From IMG/VR virus record IMGVR_UViG_3300033143_002031, positions 64,001 to 128,000 of that record: DNA of 64,000 bases. The stretch is one strand, 5' to 3'. This document shows, piece after piece, positions 37,363-48,638 of this stretch. Position 1 is the stretch's first letter, and every line of letters begins with the position of its first letter. Both the position numbers and the translations under genes were made by a program. Under the pieces are notes generated by a model, which was not told the origin of the DNA, searched no databases, and saw nothing but the letters and a program-made list of their open reading frames with translations. The DNA is from a virus.

Positions 37363-38691
37363 ATGAAGAAGAAACGCCCGCCAGTCCCCGATAACGATTG
37401 GCTCCGTCACGGGGCCTCTGGACCCGTTCCGATAGGCACGCCTTCGGGCGACCGCAGGACGTTTCGTCAGACGGCTGATCCAGTGGGCAAGGAACTGAAG
37501 CGTCACGCGGAAGCGACGTGGAACACATGGAAGCGCGGAGAGCCCGTCTTCCGCCTCGTCACCGCGCTCCGAACGATGGTGACGCTCGCCATGTTCGAGG
37601 GCAAGGTGCCGACCGACCTCCAGTGGATCAGCGACTTCTTCGATCCAGAGGCATGGTTCTACGAGCCCTTTCTGGGCGTGAACCAGATCAATGCAGGCGA
37701 GGACAACAGTGCTTCACTGAACGCGACGCTCGCGTTCACGGCCATGCAAGCTCTCCAGGTGAGCGACACGCCGGCCTGGTTCGAGCTACGGGACGGGCTC
37801 GCTCACTCGCTCCTCGCGACGCGCTTGACCGGCGTGCGGCCGAGCGACGTCAAGATGCCGCTTCCGGGCTTCTACATCGAGCTACCGCCTGACCTCATGT
37901 ACCTCACGAACAACCTGACGGGACGCCACGAGGTCCGTGCGCTGTGCGTGGCCGAGGGCTGCCCGACCAAGGCTGCCAGCGATATTGTGGCGTCGTTCCC
38001 GATCGACGACTCACCGTTCCGCGAGTCCGAGGATGTGGGCTATGGACGCCGCCTCCTGATCGTCGTGTTCTGCGAGCCAAACGAGAACAGCATCACGCCA
38101 GAGGATGACAACATCCTCTATTTCTCTCTGCCGCTGTACGACGACGAGAGGACCGTAGGGGAGTTGATCGAGTACGATCACACGGTCACTGGTGACGACT
38201 GGAGAGACGACAAGATCGGCGGAGCGTTTGCAGGGGTGGGCCGCACCAATCTCCAGCTACGAAACCTGCTCCGCTCGTTCGTCGTCAACTTCCTGCTCTA
38301 CCTGAATGCACCTGAGTCGGACATCTGCCACAAGCACGCCGACCACGTGTCGAAGCTACGCAAGGGCAAAACGACGCGGCGAGTGCGGGAGCAGATCAAG
38401 CGTCTCCGGCGGAAGCCCTTCTGGGTCGTCGGGAGCCGTGTCGTGGTGGACCCGAGCATCCGGGAGGCCGTCCGGCACGCAGGGACGAAGAGAGGCCCTC
38501 AGAAGGCCGTCAACGTCCTCGTGATGGGGTACTGGCGCAAGCAGTGGAGCGGGCCAAAGTCGGAAGAGTGCCCGAAAGGGACCAAGTGCCGTCCGAAAGA
38601 GATCAAGCCCTACGTCCGGAACAAGGTCGAGGGCTCGCCCGTGTTCGCTCACGAGTACAAGGTCAAGAATGGCAACGGGAGCCGGAAGTAG
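37363..38691 (+). CDS. conserved hypothetical phage protein
   Basis: basic C-terminal VMGYWRKQW...IKPYVR motif typical of a widespread phage family. Confidence 0.65.
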   Translation: MKKKRPPVPDNDWLRHGASGPVPIGTPSGDRRTFRQTADPVGKELKRHAEATWNTWKRGEPVFRLVTALRTMVTLAMFEGKVPTDLQWISDFFDPEAWFYEPFLGVNQINAGEDNSASLNATLAFTAMQALQVSDTPAWFELRDGLAHSLLATRLTGVRPSDVKMPLPGFYIELPPDLMYLTNNLTGRHEVRALCVAEGCPTKAASDIVASFPIDDSPFRESEDVGYGRRLLIVVFCEPNENSITPEDDNILYFSLPLYDDERTVGELIEYDHTVTGDDWRDDKIGGAFAGVGRTNLQLRNLLRSFVVNFLLYLNAPESDICHKHADHVSKLRKGKTTRRVREQIKRLRRKPFWVVGSRVVVDPSIREAVRHAGTKRGPQKAVNVLVMGYWRKQWSGPKSEECPKGTKCRPKEIKPYVRNKVEGSPVFAHEYKVKNGNGSRK

Positions 38692-38711
38692 ATTCTGGCT
38701 AGGAGGGCAGC

Positions 38712-40040
38712 ATGTTCATACTACCGATCAAGAGCACCTACGTCTCTCACTGGGGGACATGGGAGTGTGTGCGCGAAATCGTCCAGAACGCTAAGGACGA
38801 GGAGGAGGAGAACGGTCACAAGATGACCGTGAAGTACGAGCGCGGGTGGCTGCGCCTTTCCAACATCGGGGCCGACCTCGCGCGCAACGCGCTGCTCCTC
38901 GGGCAGACCAGCAAGGCGTCACGAGACGACCTGCGAGGTGAGTTCGGCGAGGGCCTGGACCTGGCGCTCCTCGCAGGTGTTCGAGCCGGCTACGAGATGC
39001 GCGTCTACACCAAGACGGAGGTCTGGACGCCGACGATCGAGTTCGTGAAGAAGTTCGGCGACCTCGTGCTGGTCGTCCGCACCCGCGCGAGAGAGATCGA
39101 GGGACCGGGCGTTGAGGTCCGGATCAAGATGCCGCTCGACGACTGGAAGGAGGCGCGCAAGCTCTTTCGTTTCCTCGTGGACGACGAGCCTCAGTTCAAT
39201 ATCAAAGTCGATGAGGGGGTCATCCTCACGCACCCCGATCGCAAGGGGCAGATCTACGTCAAAGGGATCTACTGCACGACGATGCCGCAGATGGAGTACG
39301 GCTACGACCTGAAGAAGGCGAAGATGGACCGCGACCGTCGCATGGTGGAGGTGTGGGACCTCCGCTGGCGGCTCTCAGCCATGTTGAAGGAAGGCGTGGC
39401 GAAGGACCCCGGAAAGCTCGCCCCGGCCGTCTACAAGATGCTCAAGGACAAGGCCGAGGAGGTTCAGTCCATGGGCTACAACAACTCGGACGAGTTCGCC
39501 GAGGCGATGGCTACGCAGTTCAAGTCCGAGCACGGCGAGGGGGCTATCCCTGTCGAGGGCATGGCCGAGAGCAAGCAACTCGATCACCTCGGAGCCCAGG
39601 GCGTCGTCGTCAGTGACACCCTGAAGAAGGTGCTGGAGAGGAAGGTCAGGAGTGCCTCTGAGGTGAGGCAGGAACTCGCCACGGCGGCCGAGGCGGAGTA
39701 CTCCTGGCAAGATCTCGAAGAGGAGGAGAGGACCGTTCTGGGCGAGGTGACGACCCTTGTGCACGAGGCCACAGCCGAGTGGCGAGGGCGTTGGGGCCTG
39801 AGCCCGCTTCTCGACCGGCTGCACGTCGTGGACTTCAAGCAAGAGGCGCTGCTCGGGACCTGCGATCGCAAGACCCGGCTCGTGAAGATTTCGCGCCGAC
39901 TGCTCGTGGATGCGGAGGAGGCCCTGACCACGCTCATCCACGAGGAGGCTCACGCGCTGTCAGCCGCCTCGGACGGAGAGAAGCAGCACATCGACATGGT
40001 GGAGCGCATCTGGGCGCGGCTCTTCTTCTCCCGGTCTTGA
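38712..40040 (+). CDS. GHKL-type ATP-binding protein with C-terminal HExxH
   Basis: VREIVQNAKD, GEFGEGL; LIHEEAH. Confidence 0.75.
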   Translation: MFILPIKSTYVSHWGTWECVREIVQNAKDEEEENGHKMTVKYERGWLRLSNIGADLARNALLLGQTSKASRDDLRGEFGEGLDLALLAGVRAGYEMRVYTKTEVWTPTIEFVKKFGDLVLVVRTRAREIEGPGVEVRIKMPLDDWKEARKLFRFLVDDEPQFNIKVDEGVILTHPDRKGQIYVKGIYCTTMPQMEYGYDLKKAKMDRDRRMVEVWDLRWRLSAMLKEGVAKDPGKLAPAVYKMLKDKAEEVQSMGYNNSDEFAEAMATQFKSEHGEGAIPVEGMAESKQLDHLGAQGVVVSDTLKKVLERKVRSASEVRQELATAAEAEYSWQDLEEEERTVLGEVTTLVHEATAEWRGRWGLSPLLDRLHVVDFKQEALLGTCDRKTRLVKISRRLLVDAEEALTTLIHEEAHALSAASDGEKQHIDMVERIWARLFFSRS

Positions 40041-40074
40041 CTATCGCGGGGCTTTGTAGGATAGGAGAAATAGC

Positions 40075-41910
40075 ATGGGAACGAATTTCTATCTGACGCG
40101 ACACACCTTCGAGTTCGAGCCCGAAGACGCGGACTTCTACACCGAGAGGGACCAAGATGAGTCTCTCGACTCGGACGACCCTCGGTTTCACATCGGCAAG
40201 CGTTCGGCGGCAGGCCCCTATTGCTGGGACTGCGGTGTGACGCTCTGCAAGGACGGGGAGGCGCGTGTTCACCACGACTCGAAGTGGCACGACGAGTGCC
40301 CTGTCTGCGGCAAAGCCCCTGTGCCTGTGGACGGGCTCAAAGAAGGAGCAGGAGCGGTCGAACTAGGCTTCGCGAAGCCTGCCAGTGTGCGTCCGGAGGA
40401 GGTGCGATCGTGTGCCTCGTTTACGTGGGCGCAACCGCTAGGCCACTTCCAAGTGTTCGCGCGGGAGCACCTGGACGAGGAGATTGTCGTGGACGAGTAC
40501 GAGCGGTCTATGACAGGACGGGCATTCCTGAAGATGCTGGAGATGAACTGCCCGATCCAACTCAAGAACTCGATCGGGGGGTGGTTCTGCTGAGAGGTAC
40601 AATGCCGGAGTCGCAGGGTGTGGTGATCGAGAGGAAGGACTGGGACTGGTAATGGTCAACGACAAGACGCTGCAAGACGAGATCACGGAACCGACCACCT
40701 CGCAGAGCATGAAGTCTCTGAAGCTCATTCGGCTCATGAAGGGCGATGTCGCGACGGCCTTGCAGGACGAGGTGCCGCTGGTTGTCGAAGGCGAAGGGCC
40801 GCTGACGGCTCTCATGACCGTGATCCAGGTCGCCGAGCACGCGACCCTGAAGGCGATGGCTCCAATCCTCGGGGCTGACGGGAAGATGGTGTCGTGATGG
40901 GTGACGTCGTGGAGATGAAGCGCAAGGTGGAGGCCGAGGTACATCGCTTCGGCCACCACTTCTGCGTGGAGTACAGCACGGGCAGGCACCCGGCCACGGC
41001 GGACCCACAGGCAGCCCTGTACGTGGACGGAGCTTTCTTCACCTGGCTCGCGGTGGGCTTCCGCGTGCTCGACTGGAAGGCGCTCTACCTCGATCTCGAC
41101 AACGACCACGTGCTCATCCGGCCCGAAATGGTTGGCATGAGCCCAACGACTGAGGGCACCAAGGACCATCGGTTCCTGCTCGAAACGGAGGAGTACATCC
41201 TAGCCCTACTCACGGAGGGGCTCGTGCGGGCGCTAGGAGCGTCCGAGGAGAGCGAACCCGAGCCCAAAGAGGTTCCCGACCCTCGGAACCTTCACCCGCG
41301 CGAGAGGGCGCTGAGAGCCGTTGCAGCGTGGCATGACCACGGCAAGGACGAGAAGCGGCTGCCCGACCTCATCGCCATCGAAATCTACGACGCCCTGGAC
41401 GGTATGGGTATGACCGTCGCCGACTCCCTGGACGAGGACGAAGACGTGCCACGTGAGGAGTGTGGGGACGCGGTGCGGAACCTGATCGAAGAGACACTCC
41501 AGACGTGGCGAGGAGGTGCGGAATGAGACCGAAGCAGGTTCTCCTGATCATGGTAGCGACGGCGCTCATGTCGATCGCACTATTCAGTGCGGCTCGGAAG
41601 CAACTGCTCCCCGAGGCCCACGCGCAGGTGGGACAGACCATCGAGGAGCGCCAGGTCATCGCGCTGGAGAGGATGGCCAGCGAGATGGGAAGGATGCGAC
41701 GTGACGGAATCAAGTGCCGGTAGGACGGTCGTGATGGAGGTGGTGCGGCAGATCGCGCCGCAGTTCTTTGCCGAGGGCCACGAGCGCGTGTACGTGACGA
41801 CGTGCTGCGGCCGGCTCCTCGTGACGACCCGAGAGGTGCTGAAGTGCCGCACGTGTGGCGGCAAACCGCGCGGCCTATGGGTGACCAAGGATGAAGTCGG
41901 AGCCTGAGCT
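40075..41910 (+). other. hypothetical ORFs (40075..40593, 40652..40897, 40894..41526, 41523..41723)
   Basis: RBS-preceded ORFs; 41523 has a signal-peptide-like N-terminus. Confidence 0.55.
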
Positions 41911-41978
41911 TCCCCGCGACCCTCGGGTGTAACTGTGGCAAGTCCTACTCTGCTATTCTGAGAAACTTAGGAGGCGCC

Positions 41979-42848
41979 ATGTATGACCTGAACGACACCA
42001 GCCTCGGGCTCTGGATTGACCTCTCCAAGCGGATGGTCCTGACGCCGGACTTCTTCCGATGGTTTGCGGAGACCCTCAAGTTCGACCTCATGTCGATCAT
42101 GATCGACGACGCTGACCCGGCTGTAGAGTTTTCCTGGTCGGCCAAGGACGTCGAGAAGGCCCTGAAGCTGGCCGACAAGTACGCCATCGAGATCGCTCTC
42201 ACGACATGGCCCTACCCGGACGTGAACCAGCTTCGCGTCATGGAGCAGAAGATGGACGCGCTCCTCGGGGTCGGCCCCATAGGGGAGTGGGAGACGGATG
42301 AGGAGTTCAACTGGCAAGAGGACGACGTGGCCGGCTTCGCCAACCTCGACAAGGCTGGCGACGCCCTGGTTGATATCAAGGGCCGGTTGTGCTCGAAGCA
42401 CGAGGTCCGCAACACGATCACGACCTTCACCTATCACCGCGAGAACAGCGCACGCGCGGACACGGCGCAGCACATGGACCGCGTGATGGTGCAAGCGTAT
42501 GCGGTGGACGAGCGCGGCGGTAAAGAGGTCACGTGGGACCACCGTTTCGGCCCGGGTCGGATGCAAACTCTGACCCTGAATCGCACTCTGAAGATCCCCG
42601 GTGTCGCACAAGGCAAGCCGGAACTCGCTGTCGGTCACGCAGCGTGGAACCAGGACCACTTTAGGCGCAAGATGGACGGCCGCTGGGCCACCATGTCGGC
42701 CAACGACGCGATGAAGGCGTCCTTCGAGGCATCGCTCCACTACAAGCCCGTTGCGCACAACTGGTGGAGCGCGAAGTATGCCTACCCGTCGAGTCCGAGA
42801 CACCATCCCTACGCCGAGACCTTTCTCAAGAGCCTGCGCGCTGACTGA
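41979..42848 (+). CDS. hypothetical protein
   Basis: AGGAGG RBS; 289 aa; no recognised motif. Confidence 0.7.
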   Translation: MYDLNDTSLGLWIDLSKRMVLTPDFFRWFAETLKFDLMSIMIDDADPAVEFSWSAKDVEKALKLADKYAIEIALTTWPYPDVNQLRVMEQKMDALLGVGPIGEWETDEEFNWQEDDVAGFANLDKAGDALVDIKGRLCSKHEVRNTITTFTYHRENSARADTAQHMDRVMVQAYAVDERGGKEVTWDHRFGPGRMQTLTLNRTLKIPGVAQGKPELAVGHAAWNQDHFRRKMDGRWATMSANDAMKASFEASLHYKPVAHNWWSAKYAYPSSPRHHPYAETFLKSLRAD

Positions 42849-42931
42849 CCCTTTGCTCTTGACGTTTCGTCCTCTCTCTGGTACGTTCTAGGCAGATGCG
42901 AGAAGTTTTCTCGCAAGAAGGTGAAAGGTAA

Positions 42932-43483
42932 ATGAGCGACCCTCCGAACTTCAGCGGACCAGCGTACAGCCAGCCGCTCGACCAGGATCGGTTAGCTGGC
43001 CAACACGAACGCATCCGTGACCTCATGTCGGACGGAGAGTGGCGGACGCTCCAAGAGATCAAGTCCGTGACGCACGACCCGGAGTCGTCCGTCTCGGCAC
43101 AGCTTCGCCACCTACGGAAGCCGCGTTTCGGCAGCCATGATGTCGACAAGCGCCGTCGCGGGGGAAGCGGGTCGTGGGAGTACAAGGTCTACCCGGCCGG
43201 GACGAACACGAGGACAGGCCAGCCTGGAGCAGCTACCGGGGAGGGGCTCACTCGCGCGGAAGCGAGGAGGGTTAGGGAAGATTTATTCGCGGCCCTGTCA
43301 GTGGCAAACGCTCACAATTTCACGTATCGCTATCGCCCGGCCGTCGAGACGCTCCTGAAGTACCTGGAGGATCTCGCAGGCGACAGCGGCAAGGTGTGCT
43401 CGGTCTGTTCTGGAAGGGTCGCTCGAACATACGACGGGATGTGGTGCCCAGAGCACGGGCTTGTCGAGGTCAAGTACCTATGA
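42932..43483 (+). CDS. winged-HTH DNA-binding protein
   Basis: MSDGEWRTLQEI...ESSVSAQLRHLRK...DKRRR. Confidence 0.7.
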   Translation: MSDPPNFSGPAYSQPLDQDRLAGQHERIRDLMSDGEWRTLQEIKSVTHDPESSVSAQLRHLRKPRFGSHDVDKRRRGGSGSWEYKVYPAGTNTRTGQPGAATGEGLTRAEARRVREDLFAALSVANAHNFTYRYRPAVETLLKYLEDLAGDSGKVCSVCSGRVARTYDGMWCPEHGLVEVKYL

Positions 43484-44160
43484 GGTGGGGTCACATCTGG
43501 GAGTGCCCCTACGACGACGAGGGATGGAAGGCGTGGATGGAAGAGAACATCGGCAAGGTCTCACTCCAGACGGTGTGGGAGAAACAGGTCAAGGACTGCA
43601 CCCGCTGCCGTCTCCACGAGGGCCGGGACAAGATCGTCTACGGCATGGGCAACACGGAGTCGCCTGACTTCCTTTTCATCGGTGAAGGCCCCGGGGCGAA
43701 GGAGAACGTGACGGGGGAGCCGTTCGTGGGTCCCGCTGGCAAACTCCTGGACTCGATCCTCGGCCACATGGGCTACAAGCGGGAGGACATCTACATCTGC
43801 AACGCTGTGGCTTGTCATCCACCTGGCAACCGGGACCCGAAGCCCGACGAACTTGAAGCCTGCATGCCGATCTGGACCTCTCAGGTCGTCGCGGTTCGGC
43901 CCAAGATGATCATCGCGCTCGGCAAGGTCTCCGGGAACGTGCTTCTGGGGACCAAAGGGCAGGCTGTCGGCCAGATGCGGAAGAAGATCCACACCTGGGA
44001 CAAGCTCCCTCTCCAGGTGACGTATCACCCGTCTGGGATGCTCCGGAACGAGGAGTACAAGCAGCCGGCATGGGACGATCTGAAGAAGGCCATGCGCCAC
44101 CTGAAGGCCATGGAGGTGCGCTCGCGGGACGCGGGACCGCTGTTCGGGGGCGAGGCATGA
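43480..44160 (+). CDS. uracil-DNA glycosylase family 4 (4Fe-4S)
   Basis: CTRCRL, IGEGPG, PFVGPAG, CHPPGNRDP, YHPS. Confidence 0.93.
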   Translation: MRWGHIWECPYDDEGWKAWMEENIGKVSLQTVWEKQVKDCTRCRLHEGRDKIVYGMGNTESPDFLFIGEGPGAKENVTGEPFVGPAGKLLDSILGHMGYKREDIYICNAVACHPPGNRDPKPDELEACMPIWTSQVVAVRPKMIIALGKVSGNVLLGTKGQAVGQMRKKIHTWDKLPLQVTYHPSGMLRNEEYKQPAWDDLKKAMRHLKAMEVRSRDAGPLFGGEA

Positions 44161-44866
44161 ACGACTCGGTACGAAGGAAACGCAAGCGGGCGCGTTTCAC
44201 GCACGACCCCGCGCTTGTCCAACTGGCGGAGGACGCGCAGGTCATCACTCGCGAGCAGGTGGAAGGCGTCGTGCATGTCATCGGGAAGGACTCTGCGGCG
44301 GCCGACGCTTTGGAGCGAGCAGACGAACACAGAGGCCCTGTGCGCTTCTGGTACTCGAAGTCGCGGGGCATGTTGAGCGTGGAGTTGATCAAGGACACGA
44401 GGCACTAGTTGTGGCTACCAGCAAACTCCCCTATAGTCAGGCCCGTGGGTGCAAGGAAACAAGACCGTTGTGTGGTCTGTGGCAAGCCTGTCACGACAAA
44501 GGCCATCCGTATCGCAAAGGGCACGATCAAGAGCGGAGAGTGGAAGGAGCGGTCCCTCTTCGGGGTCGCGCACGAGTCGTGCTTCGCGTCAGCAGTCGAG
44601 TCCCCCGACATGGTGGTAGACGAACTGCGGCGGGTGTCTCGTGAGCCGCTTGCTGGACAACCTACACGCTGAACTCGAAGCCGCCGGCCTGAAGCCTGGC
44701 TCGGAGCCCTTTGAGAGGGAACTCCGGGATCGGAAGGTCCAACTCTGCAAAGAGGCCAAGGCTCTCTCCTCGTGTTGGGACTGTGACTACTTCGACCACT
44801 GCGATCTCGTGAAGGCGCACTTGCGCGACATGTACAAGGTCCAACAAGCGAAGAAGGGAGGTACGG

Positions 44867-45148
44867 GTGGAGGCTCGACCCCAGCATCCTCTTGAAGACC
44901 GGGCGCTTCTGGCGGAGATTGCCAGGGCACTCGTAGACACCCCCGTGCACGTTCGAGTGGAAGAGGAGCAGGTCGGCCCGAAGCTGGTCCTGCACCTCTA
45001 CGTGCTCCCCCAAGACCGGGGCCGGATCATCGGCAAACGAGGCCGCACGATCCGAGCCCTACGGCAGGTGTTCTCCGCGATCGGCATGGCTGACGGCCGG
45101 CAGGTCGTGGTCGAAGTGGACGAGTCGGACGAGCCTCATTACGATTGA
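44867..45148 (+). CDS. khpA: single KH-domain RNA-binding protein (KhpA-like)
   Basis: IARALVDTP...DRGRIIGKRGRTIRALR (GxxG loop). Confidence 0.88.
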   Translation: MEARPQHPLEDRALLAEIARALVDTPVHVRVEEEQVGPKLVLHLYVLPQDRGRIIGKRGRTIRALRQVFSAIGMADGRQVVVEVDESDEPHYD

Positions 45149-45173
45149 CAATCGCCATTCTTTGTGGTACACA
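45145..45173 (+). promoter_or_regulatory. class I promoter
   Basis: TTGACA-N17-TACACA with TTTGTGG. Confidence 0.65.
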
Positions 45174-45243
45174 TGAAGAGTGAATCAGGCACTCTGGCCG
45201 GAGCACGGTTGCTCCCGCTGATTGCCGGAAGGAGAAGATCGAG

Positions 45244-45819
45244 ATGACATTCGAGGAAGCAGTAGAGAAGTACGTCGAGCCGATCTTGACGGGCGACATC
45301 ATGACCTCAGACGCCGAGGAGGCCAACGTGGCCAGCGTCGTCCAGTCGTGGGTCCTCCTGAAGCACACGAAGGAGCGCATCGAGGAGCGCATGAAGGGGC
45401 TCCGGAACGTGCTTCTGGGCCGCGCCGAGGAGTTCGGGAAGGAGACGGAGAAGGGCGGCAGCAAGCTCTCGGTGGAGGGCTCCCTCGTCCTGCGCGAGAG
45501 GCGTCAGGCCGCGCTCCCCGACGAGAAGAAGATGCGAGCGATCCTGGACGAGCACGGGGTCAAGCCCGACCAGGCGTTCACCAAGGTCTCCAAGGTCGTC
45601 CTGGACGCCTCGAAGGTCCAGGGGCTCGTGGACCTCGGGAAGATCCCGGAGAAGAAGGTCGACGACGCGAAGAAGGTCACCTGGGCGCTCCGCGTGAAGG
45701 AGAGCCACGAGTTGGCTGAGTCCCTCGACCGGATGGTCGGCGAGGCCGGGGAAGAGATCGTCGAGAAGGCTCCCAGGGCGAAGCGCGCCGAAGCCAACGG
45801 GAACCGGAAGGAGGGCTGA
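45244..45819 (+). CDS. hypothetical protein
   Basis: AAGGAG RBS; first gene of the AAA/vWA unit. Confidence 0.7.
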   Translation: MTFEEAVEKYVEPILTGDIMTSDAEEANVASVVQSWVLLKHTKERIEERMKGLRNVLLGRAEEFGKETEKGGSKLSVEGSLVLRERRQAALPDEKKMRAILDEHGVKPDQAFTKVSKVVLDASKVQGLVDLGKIPEKKVDDAKKVTWALRVKESHELAESLDRMVGEAGEEIVEKAPRAKRAEANGNRKEG

Positions 45820-45820
45820 C

Positions 45821-46660
45821 ATGGGGGACATGACCGTCGAGAGGCTTCCCAACGACGCCTTCACCCCGAAGGGCGACCTCATCTACGAGGACGTGGCGGA
45901 GCACCTCCCGCTGTTCGACAAGATCGGGTTCAACGCGAACCTCATCCTCGTCGGGCCGAAGGGGGTCGCCAAAACTCTCTCCATCGCGTCCTGGGCTCAC
46001 GAGAACGATCACCCGATCGTTACCTTCGATTGCAGTGAGGACATCCGCCGGGCGCACCTGCTCGGCATGTTCACGCTCAGGGGTGATGAGAGCCCGTTCA
46101 TCCTCGGTCCGCTCCCCACGGCTATCGAGGTCGCGAACGAGGTGGGCCGGTGCATCCTCTGCCTCGAAGAGATCAACGCCCTCACCCCTTCCGTCCAGAA
46201 GATGCTCAACGCCATCGGAGATTACCGGCGGCGGATCGAGGTCCCCGAGTGCAAGCGGGTCTTCGAGTTGAAGAATGGGGCGCAACTCTGGCTCTGCGGG
46301 ACCATGAACACCTCGGTCTACGGTGGCGTCTACGAGTTGAACGAGGACTTGAAGAGCCGCTTCCGCATGCTGCCGGTGGAGTACCCCTCGAAGGGCGAGG
46401 AGACGCGCATCCTGAAGAAGGTCGTCGGCGGCGGGGTGAAGAAGGAGACGATCAAGGACGTGCTCACGCTCGCGCACGAGACGCGCCAGAAGAGCCTCGC
46501 CTACTCGCTGTCCCCGCGCGACACGGTGCAGATCCTCGAAGACATCGGCTACTGCGGGCTGGAGGACGCGCTGCGCCTCGCTTCCGGGAAGTTCGAGGGC
46601 CAGGACCGAGACTATTTCCTCACGAGGGTGCAGTCGGTCTTCGGTATCACACTCAAGTAG
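45821..46660 (+). CDS. MoxR/CbbQ/CobS-like AAA+ ATPase
   Basis: Walker A GPKGVAKT, Walker B LCLEEIN, sensor TMN, LKSRF. Confidence 0.9.
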   Translation: MGDMTVERLPNDAFTPKGDLIYEDVAEHLPLFDKIGFNANLILVGPKGVAKTLSIASWAHENDHPIVTFDCSEDIRRAHLLGMFTLRGDESPFILGPLPTAIEVANEVGRCILCLEEINALTPSVQKMLNAIGDYRRRIEVPECKRVFELKNGAQLWLCGTMNTSVYGGVYELNEDLKSRFRMLPVEYPSKGEETRILKKVVGGGVKKETIKDVLTLAHETRQKSLAYSLSPRDTVQILEDIGYCGLEDALRLASGKFEGQDRDYFLTRVQSVFGITLK

Positions 46661-46670
46661 CGGGGGCGCC

Positions 46671-48638
46671 ATGTCTGACATCGACGTTGACGCCCTCCTG
46701 AAAGCGGGCGTGGATTCATCCCAGAAGGCGATGGCGTACAAGACGGTCGACGTCTTCGCCGGGATAGTGGAGCGAAAGCTCTGGCTCAAGGACGCTCGGG
46801 ACGGACAGCCGAAGACCAACGGCTACCTGATCGAGGTGCCCTTCATGCACCCCCGCGCGTACCAGTACACCGAGCACGAGATCAGCCACATCCTGTTTCA
46901 GAGCGACTTCCTGGCGAAGCAGAAGTTCGTGGAGGAGTACTCCGAAAAGATCGGGCAGGTCGCCAAGGGGGCCGGGACGCCGATCAACGAACGGATGCTC
47001 CGCGCGGGCCTGGACGGCATCATAGGCGTGCTGGACGACGAGCGGGTTATCTCGCTCTGGGGGCTCCTGTACAAGGGCTCCGAGGCCATCATGCGGCGTA
47101 TGAAGGCGGACGAGGTGAAGCCGTATCTGGGTATGGTGCACGAGGACTTCATCTCGCTTCTCATCTGTGTGGCGAGCGGCAACGATGTCCCACCGGGAAA
47201 GCTCGACCGATTCGTCCCGTACATGCGCGAGGCGCTCCGCAAGGTGCACCTCCGGGACTACTTCGGCTGCCTCGTGGCCGCGAAGTGGCTCATCGTGCAA
47301 CTGGTGAGCGAGATCATCCGGGAATCGAGGGGTGAGGAGCCCCCTCCAATGCCCTCATTCCAGCCCGGGGCCGGGCAGGACGGTCAGTTCGGGGCCAAGA
47401 ACGCCCCTGACGGCCTTCCAGACGACTCAGAACCCTCCGGGCCGCCATCCATGCCCTGGGAGGCCGGAGACGCTCAGGAGGGCTCTGAGACCCCTTCTGG
47501 GGGCCACGGAGGGGATGCTTGGGAGCCCCCGAAGGTCCAGGCCGGTCTGGAAGCCCGTTCCAAGGCCATGCAGGACACGATTGACAGGCTCGGGGTCGCC
47601 CCGAAAGACCTCACGAGCGAGGTCGGAGAGTCACGCTACAAGAAACGCGGCGAGGAGACCAAGGCCAACCGTCGGGCTCGGGCAGCGATCAACGCTGACG
47701 TGAAAGACGGCGACAAGTTGGAGACGGCCCTGGAGATTTCTTCGGAGCAAATGATCCAGATCGTGGAGAAGGCCCGCCACGCGACCAAGAATACCCCGAA
47801 CCACGACGATAAGATTCGGCAGGAGAGCTACGCCAAGGTGGTCTTCAAGGACGTGATGCCCTCCCCGCACAGCGACCCGCACGCCAGGATCGAGGACGAG
47901 GACGAGGACACGGTGCGGCGCCTGCGCGCGATGTTCCACCGGGTCATAGGGCGCCGCGTGAACACCTTGGAGGACTCTGGGTCGCAAGTCGACATTCCGG
48001 CTCTTATTGAGCGCCGGATGACCGGGGAGCCCCTTCCCGTCTTCCGCGTGGACAGCTTCGGCCGGGGCTTCAAGACCGTCGTCCTTGTGGACCGCTCCAT
48101 CTCCATGAAAGGGAAGCGAACGGCGCAGGCCGAGAGAGCTTGCAGGATCATCTCTCGGGCGCTGGACTTCCCGTTCGTCGCGCGCACCGTTTGGGGCTTC
48201 CAATCGTGGAAGGACGGCGAGGTAGACATCACACGATTCAAGGCCGGGCAGGAGGTCTTCGAGTCGGAGGCAGCGGCAGTGGGCGGCCACACGCCCTTGC
48301 ACACGGCTATCCGGGTCGCGCTCCGAGAGTTGGAGGACGGCACGGATAAGAAGCACCTGTTCGTCATCTCGGACGGCTTCCCTGTCTTCGCTCGGCGTGA
48401 CGGCGCGCACTTCGGGACCCAGACGCTCATGGCGTTCGTCCGGAGCAACGTCATGACTGCTCGCTCGAAGGGCATCGGGGTCACTGGGGTGATGATCGGC
48501 CACGACATCAAACCCAAGGGGATGTCGTTCATGTTCGGATCGTCGAAGTTCTGGCGGATCATGGGGGAGGACTCCTTCGGCAACGACCTGGTGCAACTCG
48601 TCACCGGGGCGTTTGTTGAGTACCTCCGGACGAGGTGA
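46671..48638 (+). CDS. vWA-domain partner (CobT/NorD-like)
   Basis: N-terminal HEISH; C-terminal MIDAS DRSISM, HTPL, ISDG. Confidence 0.85.
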   Translation: MSDIDVDALLKAGVDSSQKAMAYKTVDVFAGIVERKLWLKDARDGQPKTNGYLIEVPFMHPRAYQYTEHEISHILFQSDFLAKQKFVEEYSEKIGQVAKGAGTPINERMLRAGLDGIIGVLDDERVISLWGLLYKGSEAIMRRMKADEVKPYLGMVHEDFISLLICVASGNDVPPGKLDRFVPYMREALRKVHLRDYFGCLVAAKWLIVQLVSEIIRESRGEEPPPMPSFQPGAGQDGQFGAKNAPDGLPDDSEPSGPPSMPWEAGDAQEGSETPSGGHGGDAWEPPKVQAGLEARSKAMQDTIDRLGVAPKDLTSEVGESRYKKRGEETKANRRARAAINADVKDGDKLETALEISSEQMIQIVEKARHATKNTPNHDDKIRQESYAKVVFKDVMPSPHSDPHARIEDEDEDTVRRLRAMFHRVIGRRVNTLEDSGSQVDIPALIERRMTGEPLPVFRVDSFGRGFKTVVLVDRSISMKGKRTAQAERACRIISRALDFPFVARTVWGFQSWKDGEVDITRFKAGQEVFESEAAAVGGHTPLHTAIRVALRELEDGTDKKHLFVISDGFPVFARRDGAHFGTQTLMAFVRSNVMTARSKGIGVTGVMIGHDIKPKGMSFMFGSSKFWRIMGEDSFGNDLVQLVTGAFVEYLRTR

